Below are positions 37,652-47,801 of a stretch of DNA of 64,000 nt, one piece after another; the first letter of the stretch is position 1; each line of letters begins with the position of its first letter. The DNA is from Fibrobacterales bacterium (GTDB lineage Bacteria > Fibrobacterota > Fibrobacteria > Fibrobacterales > JAOPTW01). The stretch is taken from positions 1 through 64,000 of the forward strand of contig JAOPTW010000045.1 in the NCBI GenBank assembly GCA_051532035.1. Reading direction: 5' to 3'. The notes under the pieces are model-generated. The model did not search any database and was not told where the DNA came from. It saw only the letters and a program-made list of their open reading frames with translations. A program made the position numbers and the translations under genes.

Positions 37652-38218
37652 TTACTCCTCAAAATCAATGAAAGAACGTGATGGCTGTGGAGTTTGCTGT
37701 CCAGAGTACTTACCTGAATAGAATTCCACCTCTCCCTTGGGTTCAACAAAGTAGACCTGACCAATACGGACATTGGGGTATATTTTGACAGGATGTACAA
37801 CACAGATCTCAAGAGTCCAAGTAGGGTAGTGGCAGGTAAGCTCATTCCCCGTCTTTTCAAAACCCCAGCCTATATCGCCAAAACCAGCAGTTATATGGGT
37901 ATTAATACCCAGTCGGCCGATAGAGCTCCGTCCTTCAAACATAGGGATGTAGCTATGAGAGGTGGCTGTTTCATTGGTCATGCCAATATAGAGTGTGTTT
38001 GGTTGTAATATGAATCCCTCTTCGGGGATTATGATTGTGTTGGTTGGATTCTCTTTTTTCATGTCGAGACAGTCGCATTCAGAGAGGTCATAGAGTAACA
38101 AGGTTTCATTGAGGGTTACATCAATAGAATTAGGTGAAATATGTTTTTCTATAAAAGGGCGAATAGTGACATCGCCTTTCTCTTGTGCTTTTTTTATCTC
38201 ATCACGAGTTAGAAACAT
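37652..38218 (-). CDS. dcd: dCTP deaminase
   Basis: PNSIDVTL, EGRSSIGRLG, TAGFGD.G, WTLEI, KYSGQ..PQPS. Confidence 0.93.
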   Translation of the reverse strand: MFLTRDEIKKAQEKGDVTIRPFIEKHISPNSIDVTLNETLLLYDLSECDCLDMKKENPTNTIIIPEEGFILQPNTLYIGMTNETATSHSYIPMFEGRSSIGRLGINTHITAGFGDIGWGFEKTGNELTCHYPTWTLEICVVHPVKIYPNVRIGQVYFVEPKGEVEFYSGKYSGQQTPQPSRSFIDFEE

Positions 38219-38899
38219 CTACGCTCCATATTGTTTACGATATTCGAGAATATTCTCGAGACTCTCCTCTTTAATAGTAAACTTTTCGCGGTTACTTGTG
38301 TCTGAAATAAAGGTAATGATGTCTAAAATAGTTACAATTGAAGCAGTTTTTATGCCAAAGTCAGATTCAATTTTATTGAGAGCAGATACACCACCCTCTA
38401 CTTTTTCCATACGGTCGACTGAAATCAAAAGGCCAACCACAGAAAAATTTTCAACTTCTTTCACAATTTCGAATGTCTCGCGAATTGAGGTTCCGGCAGT
38501 AGTTACATCTTCAACAATAAGAGACTGGGCAGGCTCAGTATATTTATACCCAACTAAACTCCCGCCTTCACCGTGATCTTTCGCTTCTTTGCGGTTAAAG
38601 GTGTAAGTGACATCGGTATCATATTCACTGCTGAGTGCCATGGCTGTGGCAACACTCAGTGGGATTCCCTTATAGGCAGGGCCAAAGAGGTTGTTGAATG
38701 AGGTACCAAAGGATTCTGTTGCAGCTTTGGCGTAATAGCGTGCGAGAGTATTCATTTGTGAGCCTGTTTTATACTCGCCAGTATTGATGAAAAAAGGTGT
38801 TTTACGTCCACTTTTCGTGGTAAAATCACCAAATTTAAGAACGTTACACTGTAAAAGGAACTCAATAAACTCTTGTTTGTAAGGGGCTAGGACCGTCAT
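38219..38899 (-). CDS. pyrE: Orotate phosphoribosyltransferase
   Basis: LKFGDFTTKSGRKTPFFINTG, FGPAYKGIPL, FNRKEAKDHGEGG, VEDVTTAGTS; start moved to ATG 38899. Confidence 0.97.
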   Translation of the reverse strand: MTVLAPYKQEFIEFLLQCNVLKFGDFTTKSGRKTPFFINTGEYKTGSQMNTLARYYAKAATESFGTSFNNLFGPAYKGIPLSVATAMALSSEYDTDVTYTFNRKEAKDHGEGGSLVGYKYTEPAQSLIVEDVTTAGTSIRETFEIVKEVENFSVVGLLISVDRMEKVEGGVSALNKIESDFGIKTASIVTILDIITFISDTSNREKFTIKEESLENILEYRKQYGA

Positions 38900-39091
38900 T
38901 ATACTCTCTATCAAATTTATGCATATTAAACGTAAAAATTTAGACGTAAATTTGTAAGTGGACTCGATGATTGTCGTGGCGAAAAAAGGCAAAAAATGAC
39001 GCATTTTGCCCTATTTTTAACAAAAACCCCGACAATGTCGGTTCAAAAGTAAATTAATAAGTACATTTATTAAAACTTTTACATTGATACT

Positions 39092-40282
39092 ATGAGCACC
39101 ATAAAAATTCATACTGAAGAGGTGATGAATCACGATTACGAAAGAACTATGGGTGATTTCTTTCTTGATGTGATTAAAAAAGTTGTCTCAGATCCTGAGA
39201 TTCGCCATGACTGGCTCCCTCGTTACGCTAAGTACTCAAAATTTATGAGCTCTTCTAAATATAAACCCGTTGTACCCATTAAAACGGTGGTTAACTTTCC
39301 TGATAAAAGTATCCCTCTTTATATGAACAGTCCGATCATTTTGGCTGCTGGTTCTAATAAATATGGTGAAAACTTACCTGATTTCTCAAATCTTGGATTT
39401 GGTGGAGTCGCAGTAGGAACCGTTACCAGAAGTGAACGTGATGGGAATTTGTTTCGCCCACGTGTTGCCATGATTCCTGCTGATAGAGCCATAAATAATA
39501 GTATGGGCCTCAACAATCCAGGCGTGGATGTTATATCAAAAATTGTTGATCGTGACCTTATCAAGGCCCACAAGCGTGGTCTCGCTATTGGAGTCTCTAT
39601 GGCTGAGTCTCCAGAAGTTACCGATGAGGAAGAGCAGCTTGAACAGATGCTGTACACCTTCAGAAAAGCCTATAATGTTGCAGACTATATTGAGATAAAT
39701 GTCTCTTGTCCTAATACAGGGGTTCGTAGAACTGATGAAAACACTCAGTTTCTTTCAAAAGTACTTAGTGAGATTATGGAGATTCGTAAAAACCTCCCTA
39801 TTCGTAAGGCAGTGTATTGTAAGCTCTCACCCGATATGAATGAACAGCAGTTTATACAAACACTCAAAGTTATTCGGGATAATGGGATAAATGGACTTAT
39901 CCTTTTTAATACCTTCCCTGGTGCAAAATCAAAATTTCTTAACCTGAATACACCACAAGAAAAATTTACTCCGGTCACATCGGCGGGTGGATTTGGTGGG
40001 CTTTCGGGCAGACCACTTTACATAAATACTTATCGTGCAGTAGAGTATATTAAAAAAGAATATCCAGAGATGTCGGTTATCGCTTCAGGTGGTATCGATC
40101 ATGGAAGGAAAGTTTTCGATCTATTAGAATTAGGGGTTGATGCGGTTCAGTGTTATTCAGCATTGGCCTATCGCATGGATCCGGTAAATAAAATGAATTA
40201 TGAGCTTTCTGTTGCACTCAAAGAGAAAGGCTATTGCTCTCTTGAAGAGTATTACGATAAGAAGAATAACCCAGAATATTAA
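39092..40282 (+). CDS. pyrD: Dihydroorotate dehydrogenase (class-2-like scaffold)
   Basis: DPE..H, LAAG..K, GTVT...GN..PR, NSMGLNNPG, INVSCPNT, KLSPD, GGLSG.PL, SGGI; divergent from pyrE. Confidence 0.93.
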   Translation: MSTIKIHTEEVMNHDYERTMGDFFLDVIKKVVSDPEIRHDWLPRYAKYSKFMSSSKYKPVVPIKTVVNFPDKSIPLYMNSPIILAAGSNKYGENLPDFSNLGFGGVAVGTVTRSERDGNLFRPRVAMIPADRAINNSMGLNNPGVDVISKIVDRDLIKAHKRGLAIGVSMAESPEVTDEEEQLEQMLYTFRKAYNVADYIEINVSCPNTGVRRTDENTQFLSKVLSEIMEIRKNLPIRKAVYCKLSPDMNEQQFIQTLKVIRDNGINGLILFNTFPGAKSKFLNLNTPQEKFTPVTSAGGFGGLSGRPLYINTYRAVEYIKKEYPEMSVIASGGIDHGRKVFDLLELGVDAVQCYSALAYRMDPVNKMNYELSVALKEKGYCSLEEYYDKKNNPEY

Positions 40283-40299
40283 CGTTGGTGACTATCACT

Positions 40300-41067
40300 A
40301 TGTGTAAGACTATACTACTCATCGCATTTCTTGTATCATTTAGTTTTTCAAAATCTCTATGGGTTGGCGTGACTTTTAAAACCTCGCGTCATCTTATTGA
40401 AGGCAAGAGAGTTGATGCTCTCAAAGTTGATAAGTTACTTCCACAGTCTGATGCTATAAATTCAGGTATAGAACCAGGTGACCTTCTTATTAAAGTAAAT
40501 GGTACGGTTATTAATGGCGTTCGTTCCGTTGCAAAAGAGATCAAAGGTAAAAAAGAGGGCACTGTTCTTGTTTTTACCCTCATACGAGATAACAAAGAGT
40601 TGACCAAAAAATTAGCCCTTACTCCACGGCCCGATAATGTATCGCAGTGGGTTGGCTCACCTATTGGTTCGAAATCAAAAAAAATATCAGGGAACTTCTA
40701 TACTCATAAAAATAAGAAACAGAAACAGCCAAAGCTGACTCTTCTTGATTTCTGGGCAACGTGGTGTGGACCTTGTCGGCAGACCCTCCCAATTGTTTCT
40801 GAACTGTACAACAAGTATCAATCTAAGGGATATGAGACTATTGGTATTAGTACCGAATCATTAAAAACCTTGCAGGCCTTTCAATCCAAGCATAGCGCTC
40901 CTTATCCACTACTCAATGATGCGAGCGGCCAGGTGAGTGCATTTTATGGCGTGAAAGCACTTCCAACATTAGCGTTTATTGATGCCGATGGCTATATTGT
41001 AAAAGTTTTTACGGGGGCACCATCAAAGGGTGTTCTTGAGTCCGTCATCAAAAAGTATCTGGATTAA
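40300..41067 (+). CDS. PDZ + TlpA-type thioredoxin, exported
   Basis: Signal peptide; GIEPGDLLIKVNG (PDZ); LLDFWATWCGPC; YGVKALPT. Confidence 0.9.
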   Translation: MCKTILLIAFLVSFSFSKSLWVGVTFKTSRHLIEGKRVDALKVDKLLPQSDAINSGIEPGDLLIKVNGTVINGVRSVAKEIKGKKEGTVLVFTLIRDNKELTKKLALTPRPDNVSQWVGSPIGSKSKKISGNFYTHKNKKQKQPKLTLLDFWATWCGPCRQTLPIVSELYNKYQSKGYETIGISTESLKTLQAFQSKHSAPYPLLNDASGQVSAFYGVKALPTLAFIDADGYIVKVFTGAPSKGVLESVIKKYLD

Positions 41068-41070
41068 GGC

Positions 41071-42036
41071 ATGCTTCTGCGTTCCATAACTTTTACCCTA
41101 CTCGCTTACACATTGAGTATGGGTTCATTAATGAATAGCCCACCTAAAGCCCTTTCGATTCTTTATACTCAAAAAGGAACATCGGTATGGGAGTATCAAG
41201 CAGAGCCTAAAATTTTACTCAAAGGCTTTTATGATGGGGATAGTGCTACTACTTTTGAGTGGGCAAAGCGCACCTTGTTTAGTGAGAGAGAGCTGTGGAA
41301 AATATTCGATGCATTAGTACCGGGAAGCGATATTTTTCTCGTTGAGCCTTCGTTAGATATTCCTTCAAGTATTCAGAAAATATCAAAAAATCGTTCACTC
41401 AAAGAGTGGGCTCTCCGGACCCATTCAGGAATTGTTGCCTGGATCGTACTTTCAAAACAAGGTTCAGGATATTATTTAGCAGTCCATAGAGTTACACCCT
41501 ATGTATCTCCCTTAAAGCCTCTACTGTTTACCTACAATGGGGGGCTTAATCAATTCACACAGTTTAAGAACCAGGGAGATGATTTGTGCGTTCTTAAAAA
41601 AGGGACGACCTGTTCATTAGTGAGTACTGAACTTCCTACTCTACGGGCATCACTCTTTTCAAATGGAAATATCACTTTCACCTATTCTGAGGTCGTTGAA
41701 AAACCCTTGTCTGGAGTGCAACAATACAAGTTACTATCATTGAAAGAGCAAAAAGAGTTTAGAACTATTGTACGGGGCTATTTAAATTATGAGTATAATC
41801 TTATGATCAAAGCAGCTATTGGGAGTGCAACCACTCTTTTTAATTGGCAATTGTGGGAGTGGCTCGACCATTTTGATTCTGGTGCCCCCAGTGATGATGC
41901 GCTGCATGCTTGGCTTTCTGCTGGCGAGAGTACTCGACCAGTAGAGCTCTTTAAATATATTGGAACAGACTTTGTTGTGCTCTTTTTTTGTAATTTCGAT
42001 GGTGAACGCTCAATAACTATCGAGAAGACTCAGTGA
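41071..42036 (+). CDS. Hypothetical exported protein
   Basis: 321-aa ORF in operon-like spacing; signal-like N terminus. Confidence 0.7.
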   Translation: MLLRSITFTLLAYTLSMGSLMNSPPKALSILYTQKGTSVWEYQAEPKILLKGFYDGDSATTFEWAKRTLFSERELWKIFDALVPGSDIFLVEPSLDIPSSIQKISKNRSLKEWALRTHSGIVAWIVLSKQGSGYYLAVHRVTPYVSPLKPLLFTYNGGLNQFTQFKNQGDDLCVLKKGTTCSLVSTELPTLRASLFSNGNITFTYSEVVEKPLSGVQQYKLLSLKEQKEFRTIVRGYLNYEYNLMIKAAIGSATTLFNWQLWEWLDHFDSGAPSDDALHAWLSAGESTRPVELFKYIGTDFVVLFFCNFDGERSITIEKTQ

Positions 42037-42485
42037 AATTTTTTATACACCGCCGCCGAATCCCCGCATATCTTGCCATGGCAATAGCTCTTGGCCTCTC
42101 TACACTTCCTCCTGATGTTGTTGAAATGGTAATGCAGTCAATTTTTGGCCCAGGCAAAGAACAAGCAAGTGGGTTTATTCCTATTGATAAAGTGATACAT
42201 ATGTCGCTCTATACTCTGGTTGGCTTCTCATTCGCTGCAGCGATTAGTTCTCATAAATGGTCTCGGAGCAAGGTGCGTTATGCACTCTATGCGGTGATAT
42301 TCGCCTCAATATTTGGGGTGTCTGATGAGTGCTACCAACTTCTCTCTAATATGGGAAGACAGTTCGATCTCTTCGATATTCTTGCGGATGTTCTTGGTGC
42401 CATTGGAGGCGTCAGTATTTTTTATTGGAAGGGGAATAGTCTAAAGAATAGACTCTCAACCTATTTCGCTACTGAGTCCATGTAA
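42033..42485 (+). CDS. VanZ-family membrane protein
   Basis: DKVIH...Y, G..DE.YQ....GR.FD.FD.LAD.LG. Confidence 0.88.
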   Translation: MKFFIHRRRIPAYLAMAIALGLSTLPPDVVEMVMQSIFGPGKEQASGFIPIDKVIHMSLYTLVGFSFAAAISSHKWSRSKVRYALYAVIFASIFGVSDECYQLLSNMGRQFDLFDILADVLGAIGGVSIFYWKGNSLKNRLSTYFATESM

Positions 42486-42567
42486 CAGAGTCTCTTATTA
42501 TTTTTTTATTTTGTAATTGGCCATTGAGTATGGTATACTTGATTCAAGTTTTCATCTAAAGATTGTG

Positions 42568-43725
42568 ATGACTCAGACAAAACCCCATATATTGGTCGTT
42601 GATGATGACTCAATAAATCGTGATGTACTTCGTGATACCCTCGAAGATTGCGATTACTACATTACCACAGCGGAAAATGGCTTACAAGCTATTGAGATAG
42701 TAGCAGAACTCGATATCGACCTGATTCTTCTTGATGTTATGATGCCAGGTATAAATGGCTTTGATACTTGTAAGGAATTAAAGAAAGTAATGGGAAGTGA
42801 AAATGTTCCCATAATCTTTTTAACTGCTCGTGCGAGTAATGATGATATTATTACTGGTTTTCAGTGTGGTGCAGTAGACTATGTCGCAAAGCCAATTAAT
42901 AATTATGTGTTACTCTCTCGGGTGAAGGCACACCTTGGCTTAAAGCTTGATCATGATACTCTTGAAGGGGCAATAAAAGAGCGAACTTTTGAGTTAGATC
43001 AGGCAATAAAAAAAGTAGAAGTTGCCGAAGCAGCAAAGGGGGCTTTTACTGCTAATATGTGTCATGAATTACGTACTCCTTTAAATGGAATATTGGGGAC
43101 TCATGAAATATTACTGACCGAAGACTTGGGGCCAGAAATAAAAAAGATGCTCGAGCTCTCTCGTAAATCAACGGTATCGCTGACAGCAATAATCAATGAC
43201 ATCTTACATTTCACTGAATTAGAATCGGGGAATGTAACAATTCGCAGCCAAGTTTTTAACTTTCCAGATATTGTAGAAATCATAAAAGGTGTATTTGAAA
43301 TAGAGGCAAGAGAAAAAGGAATTGAACTCCTCATTTCAATAGATCCATCATTTCCAACGCAAGTTTTGGGAGACCGAGCCAGAATAAGGCAGCTCATGCT
43401 TAACATACTTGGTAATGCAATTAAGTTTACGAGCAAAGGCTCAGTTAGCCTTACTATTACATATGAACGCCACAAAAACATGCAAATTCAATGCACTATC
43501 GAAGTTATCGATACCGGTTGTGGAATATCTGAGAAAGAGAAAGAATTTTTGTTTAAAGCATTTAAACAAGGCGATGACTCGTTTACTAAAAAGTATGGTG
43601 GCATTGGCATTGGCCTTACAAATGTAAAAATGTTTCTTGATATGGTTGATGGGTCAATCGATATAGAGAGTAGACTAGGCGAGGGAAGCAAGGTAACAGT
43701 TTCTTTTCCTCTCTTAACCGTGTAG
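42568..43725 (+). CDS. Hybrid receiver-histidine kinase (REC-HisKA-HATPase), no sensor domain
   Basis: ILVVDDD, LILLDVMMPG, KP; H-box MCHELRTPL; NAIKFT; DTGCGI; GGIGIGL. Confidence 0.95.
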   Translation: MTQTKPHILVVDDDSINRDVLRDTLEDCDYYITTAENGLQAIEIVAELDIDLILLDVMMPGINGFDTCKELKKVMGSENVPIIFLTARASNDDIITGFQCGAVDYVAKPINNYVLLSRVKAHLGLKLDHDTLEGAIKERTFELDQAIKKVEVAEAAKGAFTANMCHELRTPLNGILGTHEILLTEDLGPEIKKMLELSRKSTVSLTAIINDILHFTELESGNVTIRSQVFNFPDIVEIIKGVFEIEAREKGIELLISIDPSFPTQVLGDRARIRQLMLNILGNAIKFTSKGSVSLTITYERHKNMQIQCTIEVIDTGCGISEKEKEFLFKAFKQGDDSFTKKYGGIGIGLTNVKMFLDMVDGSIDIESRLGEGSKVTVSFPLLTV

Positions 43726-43998
43726 CTAAAAAAGCTCAACACGGTTATTATTCAAATTTGATCATTTCTATTTAATAAAATCTACATATAGTGTCATGTG
43801 TTTGCAATTATACAGTATAGTGTATTTTAGTCAGGTAAACAGTATTGTTAACTTAGGTATTAATGTAAATCTTGTAAGGCATTGATATAAAATACTTTAA
43901 CTAATGTTAATAAATGGTTTACATTTAGTTTAAAAAGTGTTTAAATTAAATAAGATGAAAAAAAGTAAACGTATATCGTTTCTTTTAGGAAATAAGTC

Positions 43999-44127
43999 AT
44001 GTTTAAAAATGTTATTATCAGTATAATTATTGCAGGTGCGGTCTCATATTTACTCTTTAGCACAGCTGAGGCTGATGCATCAGAGTCGAGACAAGTGATA
44101 ATTAATACTTTCGTTCAAAGCGAATGA
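43999..44127 (+). CDS. Small exported peptide precursor (42 aa), absent from the ORF track
   Basis: AGGA SD; MFKNVIISIIIAGAVSYLLFSTAEA-DASESRQVIINTFVQSE; basic n-region, h-region, A-X-A site. Confidence 0.65.
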   Translation: MFKNVIISIIIAGAVSYLLFSTAEADASESRQVIINTFVQSE

Positions 44128-44143
44128 TACAATAGAACATATT

Positions 44144-44941
44144 TTAGTGGTTAGTTGAAGACTGACTCAATGTTGTTCTAGTATTGCCGACAAAAGCATT
44201 TTCTAAATTATATTGTTTTAAAATCGATAGGAGTTTACTTGTAAAAGTAGGTGACCCAAGTATTGTATTAAAAGCATTTACAAATTCGACACTTATGAGC
44301 TTCTTATTAAAACCGACATAGTAGTATATGTCTTTATATGAACTATTGAAGTTCACATTGTGGAGTTGTAGCTCATGAGCAAGGTATTCACCGACACTTT
44401 TATTTGAGAAAACAGCATCGACGCGTCCGCGATTAAGTTTTTTAAATCCCGAGACACTATCATACCTGAGATCTATTTTCATACTTGGAGCATTCTCTTT
44501 AATAATGAGAAGAGTTGAATGGGTATTAGAGGGGCCATAGACCCCTACGGTTTTACCATTAACACTCTGCATGGAGGTGATTTTAAAGTCTCTCTTTTTG
44601 TTTGTAAAAAATCCATATTCAGTTTTTAAAAGAGGTTGTGTGAAGTGGAGCCATTTTTCCCGCTTCTTATTTTTACCAATCACAAAAAGAGCGTCAGCTA
44701 CCTCGGTGTAAACCTCTTCTTGAGCACGAGGCCAGGGGAGGCTCTTAATTTTACACGGTATAGCCATTTCTTTACAGACCATATATATAATGTCTGTAAC
44801 GGGGCCAGCGATGACGTTGTTATTAGAATAATGAAAAGGGGGGAACTCTTGAGTATTAAATACTATGGTATCATGTACAGTGGCTTGAGCACTGAGAGGG
44901 ATGATACATAAAAGGAGATATTTGCTCAATGATACTAACAT
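44144..44941 (-). CDS. Family 3 (amino-acid-type) periplasmic solute-binding protein, orphan
   Basis: Signal peptide (AQA); EFPPF, G...DI, LPWPRA, R.KWLHFTQP, KLNRGRVDA. Confidence 0.9.
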   Translation of the reverse strand: MLVSLSKYLLLCIIPLSAQATVHDTIVFNTQEFPPFHYSNNNVIAGPVTDIIYMVCKEMAIPCKIKSLPWPRAQEEVYTEVADALFVIGKNKKREKWLHFTQPLLKTEYGFFTNKKRDFKITSMQSVNGKTVGVYGPSNTHSTLLIIKENAPSMKIDLRYDSVSGFKKLNRGRVDAVFSNKSVGEYLAHELQLHNVNFNSSYKDIYYYVGFNKKLISVEFVNAFNTILGSPTFTSKLLSILKQYNLENAFVGNTRTTLSQSSTNH

Positions 44942-45062
44942 GCTTGGCTGTAATTATTGTGTCCTTATATAACATACATTAAGGGGAGATGTTTGTATAT
45001 ATAGAAAAACTATTCTTCACAATCTATCAGTAGCGTCACCGATAAATTGTGAAAAACATGTC

Positions 45063-45620
45063 CTAGAGTTGGCTCTGTGCTGAAAGAGTGTTAAAGGTGC
45101 TACAGGGGGTCGGGATTACTCGATTGGGAAGTACCGACCTTTTAACCCGATGCGTCTCTTTTATAGGAATAGTAAAACAGAATGTTTGTATGGTACCACT
45201 ATCGAGTGGAATGCCCAGTTTGAACATTTTTACTCGACCATTTGGCTGGAATTTTTCAAGATAGTCATACTTGTTTTTAAGGAGTGATGTACGTGCAGAT
45301 GGGGAGAAATCAATAGTTGTTGCAAGTGATGAGTCAAGGGTTACTGGCGCTGTTTTTGGGAGGCGTAACTCAACTTCTCCGTCGGTTTCTACGAGGTAGC
45401 TATTTTTTGGTTTGAGTAAAAATCGTTGATTTGGTAGGTTTTTATAGCTTTGAAATCGCATTTTTCGAACACCACAGAGTTCCCTAAATGAAGGCTCAAA
45501 ATTGAGATCGATTTCTTTGCACATCTCGATCTGTTGTTTAGATAGATGCTGCTTAGGCGCGCTACAGTGAAGAGTTAAGAGGGCCAATAGGGTAATGAAA
45601 ATAAGTGAGAACGTTTGCAT
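45063..45620 (-). CDS. Hypothetical basic lipoprotein
   Basis: Hydrophobic N terminus ending TLHC; two further Cys pairs. Confidence 0.75.
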   Translation of the reverse strand: MQTFSLIFITLLALLTLHCSAPKQHLSKQQIEMCKEIDLNFEPSFRELCGVRKMRFQSYKNLPNQRFLLKPKNSYLVETDGEVELRLPKTAPVTLDSSLATTIDFSPSARTSLLKNKYDYLEKFQPNGRVKMFKLGIPLDSGTIQTFCFTIPIKETHRVKRSVLPNRVIPTPCSTFNTLSAQSQL

Positions 45621-45643
45621 AGAATTATTATTTGTTACATTTG

Positions 45644-46579
45644 ATGATAAATATATATAAACAGGTAGAAACTATCTCTTTCATTTTGGGTACATGGGCT
45701 TTTTCAGAAGTAGATTGGGGTGTTCAGTCTGGGCACGCTGGTGATACTTTAGAAGAAGTCCTCGAAAAAGGACTTGAATGTGGGATAGCCCAAATAGATA
45801 CTGCTCCAATTTATGGACTTAATCAAGTTGAGCAGGATATTGGGGCACTCCAGGTCTCTCAAAAATACCAGATAGGGTCTAAATTTGGTTTATCGTGGGA
45901 GACACCCTATTCTCACAACACTATTAAGATAGGGTTCACAGCTGATTCAATTATCTCTGAATGTGAAGAGAGTTTACGGCGGCTCAATCGTGAGCAGTTG
46001 TCGCATTATTTTCTGCATTATGCCCCTTTTGGCGGTTTGTTACCCAAGCATATTGAGGGTATCACAAGTGCTATAGGGCATCTTAAAGAGAGTGGGAAAA
46101 TAGCAGCATTTGGATTGTCAAATTGCACTATTGAAGATGTTCAGAGTATGCAGTCCAATTGTACTGTAGATGCCATTCAGTTTGAATGTAGTGCCTACAA
46201 AAAGTGGGCTTTGACTAAATATGCGCCTCTTTTTTCAAACAGTGATATGGAGCAGTGGCTCTATTCACCCTTAGCTCGAGGACTTCTCAGTGGTAAATAT
46301 TATACTAAAGACCAGTTAGGGAGTGGCGATCACAGAATCAGACTTAAATGGTTCAAAGATCGAGAGCTCTCTTTGGTGCAACAGAAGTTGCACAGGATAG
46401 ATGGGCTTTTAGAGAAATATGATTGCAGTTATAGTCAGCTCTTTATCGGTTGGTTACGTCAGAGGCTTCCTTCTGCAAAAGTTCTCGTTGGGGTACGTCA
46501 TATAGAACAACTTCTCACTAATTGCTCTCCAGTCGTTTTGCAGGATGGCGACTTCCAAACAATTGATCAGCTTTTTTAA
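45644..46579 (+). CDS. Aldo/keto reductase
   Basis: LGTWA, IDTAPIYG, SKFG, EESLRRL, FLH, GLSN, YSPLARGLLSGKY; start approximate. Confidence 0.92.
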   Translation: MINIYKQVETISFILGTWAFSEVDWGVQSGHAGDTLEEVLEKGLECGIAQIDTAPIYGLNQVEQDIGALQVSQKYQIGSKFGLSWETPYSHNTIKIGFTADSIISECEESLRRLNREQLSHYFLHYAPFGGLLPKHIEGITSAIGHLKESGKIAAFGLSNCTIEDVQSMQSNCTVDAIQFECSAYKKWALTKYAPLFSNSDMEQWLYSPLARGLLSGKYYTKDQLGSGDHRIRLKWFKDRELSLVQQKLHRIDGLLEKYDCSYSQLFIGWLRQRLPSAKVLVGVRHIEQLLTNCSPVVLQDGDFQTIDQLF

Positions 46580-47223
46580 AAGTGTGTTTCAGGATTGAGG
46601 CTTTGAAAAAATTCAGGTCTGTGGAAGTCGGGCTTAGAGCACTCTATAGGGAAGAAACTTATCCAATGGGGGTGCGTAAGCTTGTCTCCGCACTTATAGA
46701 CATTGCCATGTAACGGGTACTCTTTAAGAGATCTATCGGGAGGGAGCCCGAAGAGTACTCCAGGGATTTGTAGTAAAAGTTCCCACTCACTCATAGGTTC
46801 GTTACTAACGCTCATGAGGTTGCCCTCAGGTGGAATGAGCGTCCCACTTCTTACTATGGTCTTCAGGAGAGATGATGCCTTGTAGAGTCGCTGAAAGCGA
46901 TTTGGGCCTGTCTGAGAGAGTAGGGTGCCTGCTGCAGTAGACTCAAAGTTGTGGTATATGCTTGGGTCGGCAAGATCTTGTAAAAAAAGCTCAACACATG
47001 AGTCTTCATACACTGGCTCATTATCGTTTACATACGTTATACGGGTCTCGTCTTCTCGGACGGTAAATAAAATTGAGAGTGTGTGGTCGATAATAGCTAT
47101 TTGAAATTGGACGAGTGTTGGAGCAATCCCCCCTTGGATACAAGAGAGTGTGTGAGGGGGTGTTTGGGTTATTGCTGAATAGTTTGGATCTAGAGTATCT
47201 AACGGTGTTTTATGGTATATCAT
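46576..47223 (-). CDS. Carbohydrate-binding family 9-like protein
   Basis: VYEDSCVELF, YHNFE...GT, NVYKCGD....HW....I....PDFHRPEFF. Confidence 0.88.
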   Translation of the reverse strand: MIYHKTPLDTLDPNYSAITQTPPHTLSCIQGGIAPTLVQFQIAIIDHTLSILFTVREDETRITYVNDNEPVYEDSCVELFLQDLADPSIYHNFESTAAGTLLSQTGPNRFQRLYKASSLLKTIVRSGTLIPPEGNLMSVSNEPMSEWELLLQIPGVLFGLPPDRSLKEYPLHGNVYKCGDKLTHPHWISFFPIECSKPDFHRPEFFQSLNPETHF

Positions 47224-47355
47224 CTCATTTCAACTATTACAAATGGGTCACAGAGAATGATAGGTATTTTTGTTTGAGTTCTTTGGTGAATACTTTGGGT
47301 AGTGGTTAAAAAAAGTTTAAATACCTTGTATTGTGGGTAGAGAGACTGTATAATA

Positions 47356-47757
47356 ATGCAAATTATAAAGGTCACCATGGCTCAATATACGGTTAAAGCA
47401 GACACTTCAAAAAACATCCTCTATCTGAGTTTGGATGGATTCTTTGAGCAATCTGTAATTCAAGAAATTTCTGATGTGATTGTTAGGGAATTGTCTTTGT
47501 TGAAACCGGGCTATGGCTTTATAAATGATGTTTCTCGATTTAAACCCACTACTGAGGAAGGGGTTGAAGAGATAAAACAACTGCAACTCCGTTTATATAA
47601 TAATGGCCTAGGAAAAGTAGTTCGGGTTGTGGGTGAATCTCTTATGAGCAAACTACAGTTTGAACGAAAGTCTAAAGAAGTTGGGTATAATGCTGATCAT
47701 GTGCAATCAATCTCAGAAGCAGAAGAGATTATAAAAGCATATATGCAGCAAGAGTAA
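47356..47757 (+). CDS. Hypothetical protein (STAS/SpoIIAA-like fold possible)
   Basis: KNILYLSLDGF...LKPG...INDVS.FKP...S.SEAE; alternative start 47377. Confidence 0.75.
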   Translation: MQIIKVTMAQYTVKADTSKNILYLSLDGFFEQSVIQEISDVIVRELSLLKPGYGFINDVSRFKPTTEEGVEEIKQLQLRLYNNGLGKVVRVVGESLMSKLQFERKSKEVGYNADHVQSISEAEEIIKAYMQQE

Positions 47758-47801
47758 TAATTACTATCTATTACACAATCCCTTTTTTTGCTGAGTGCCT
47801 C

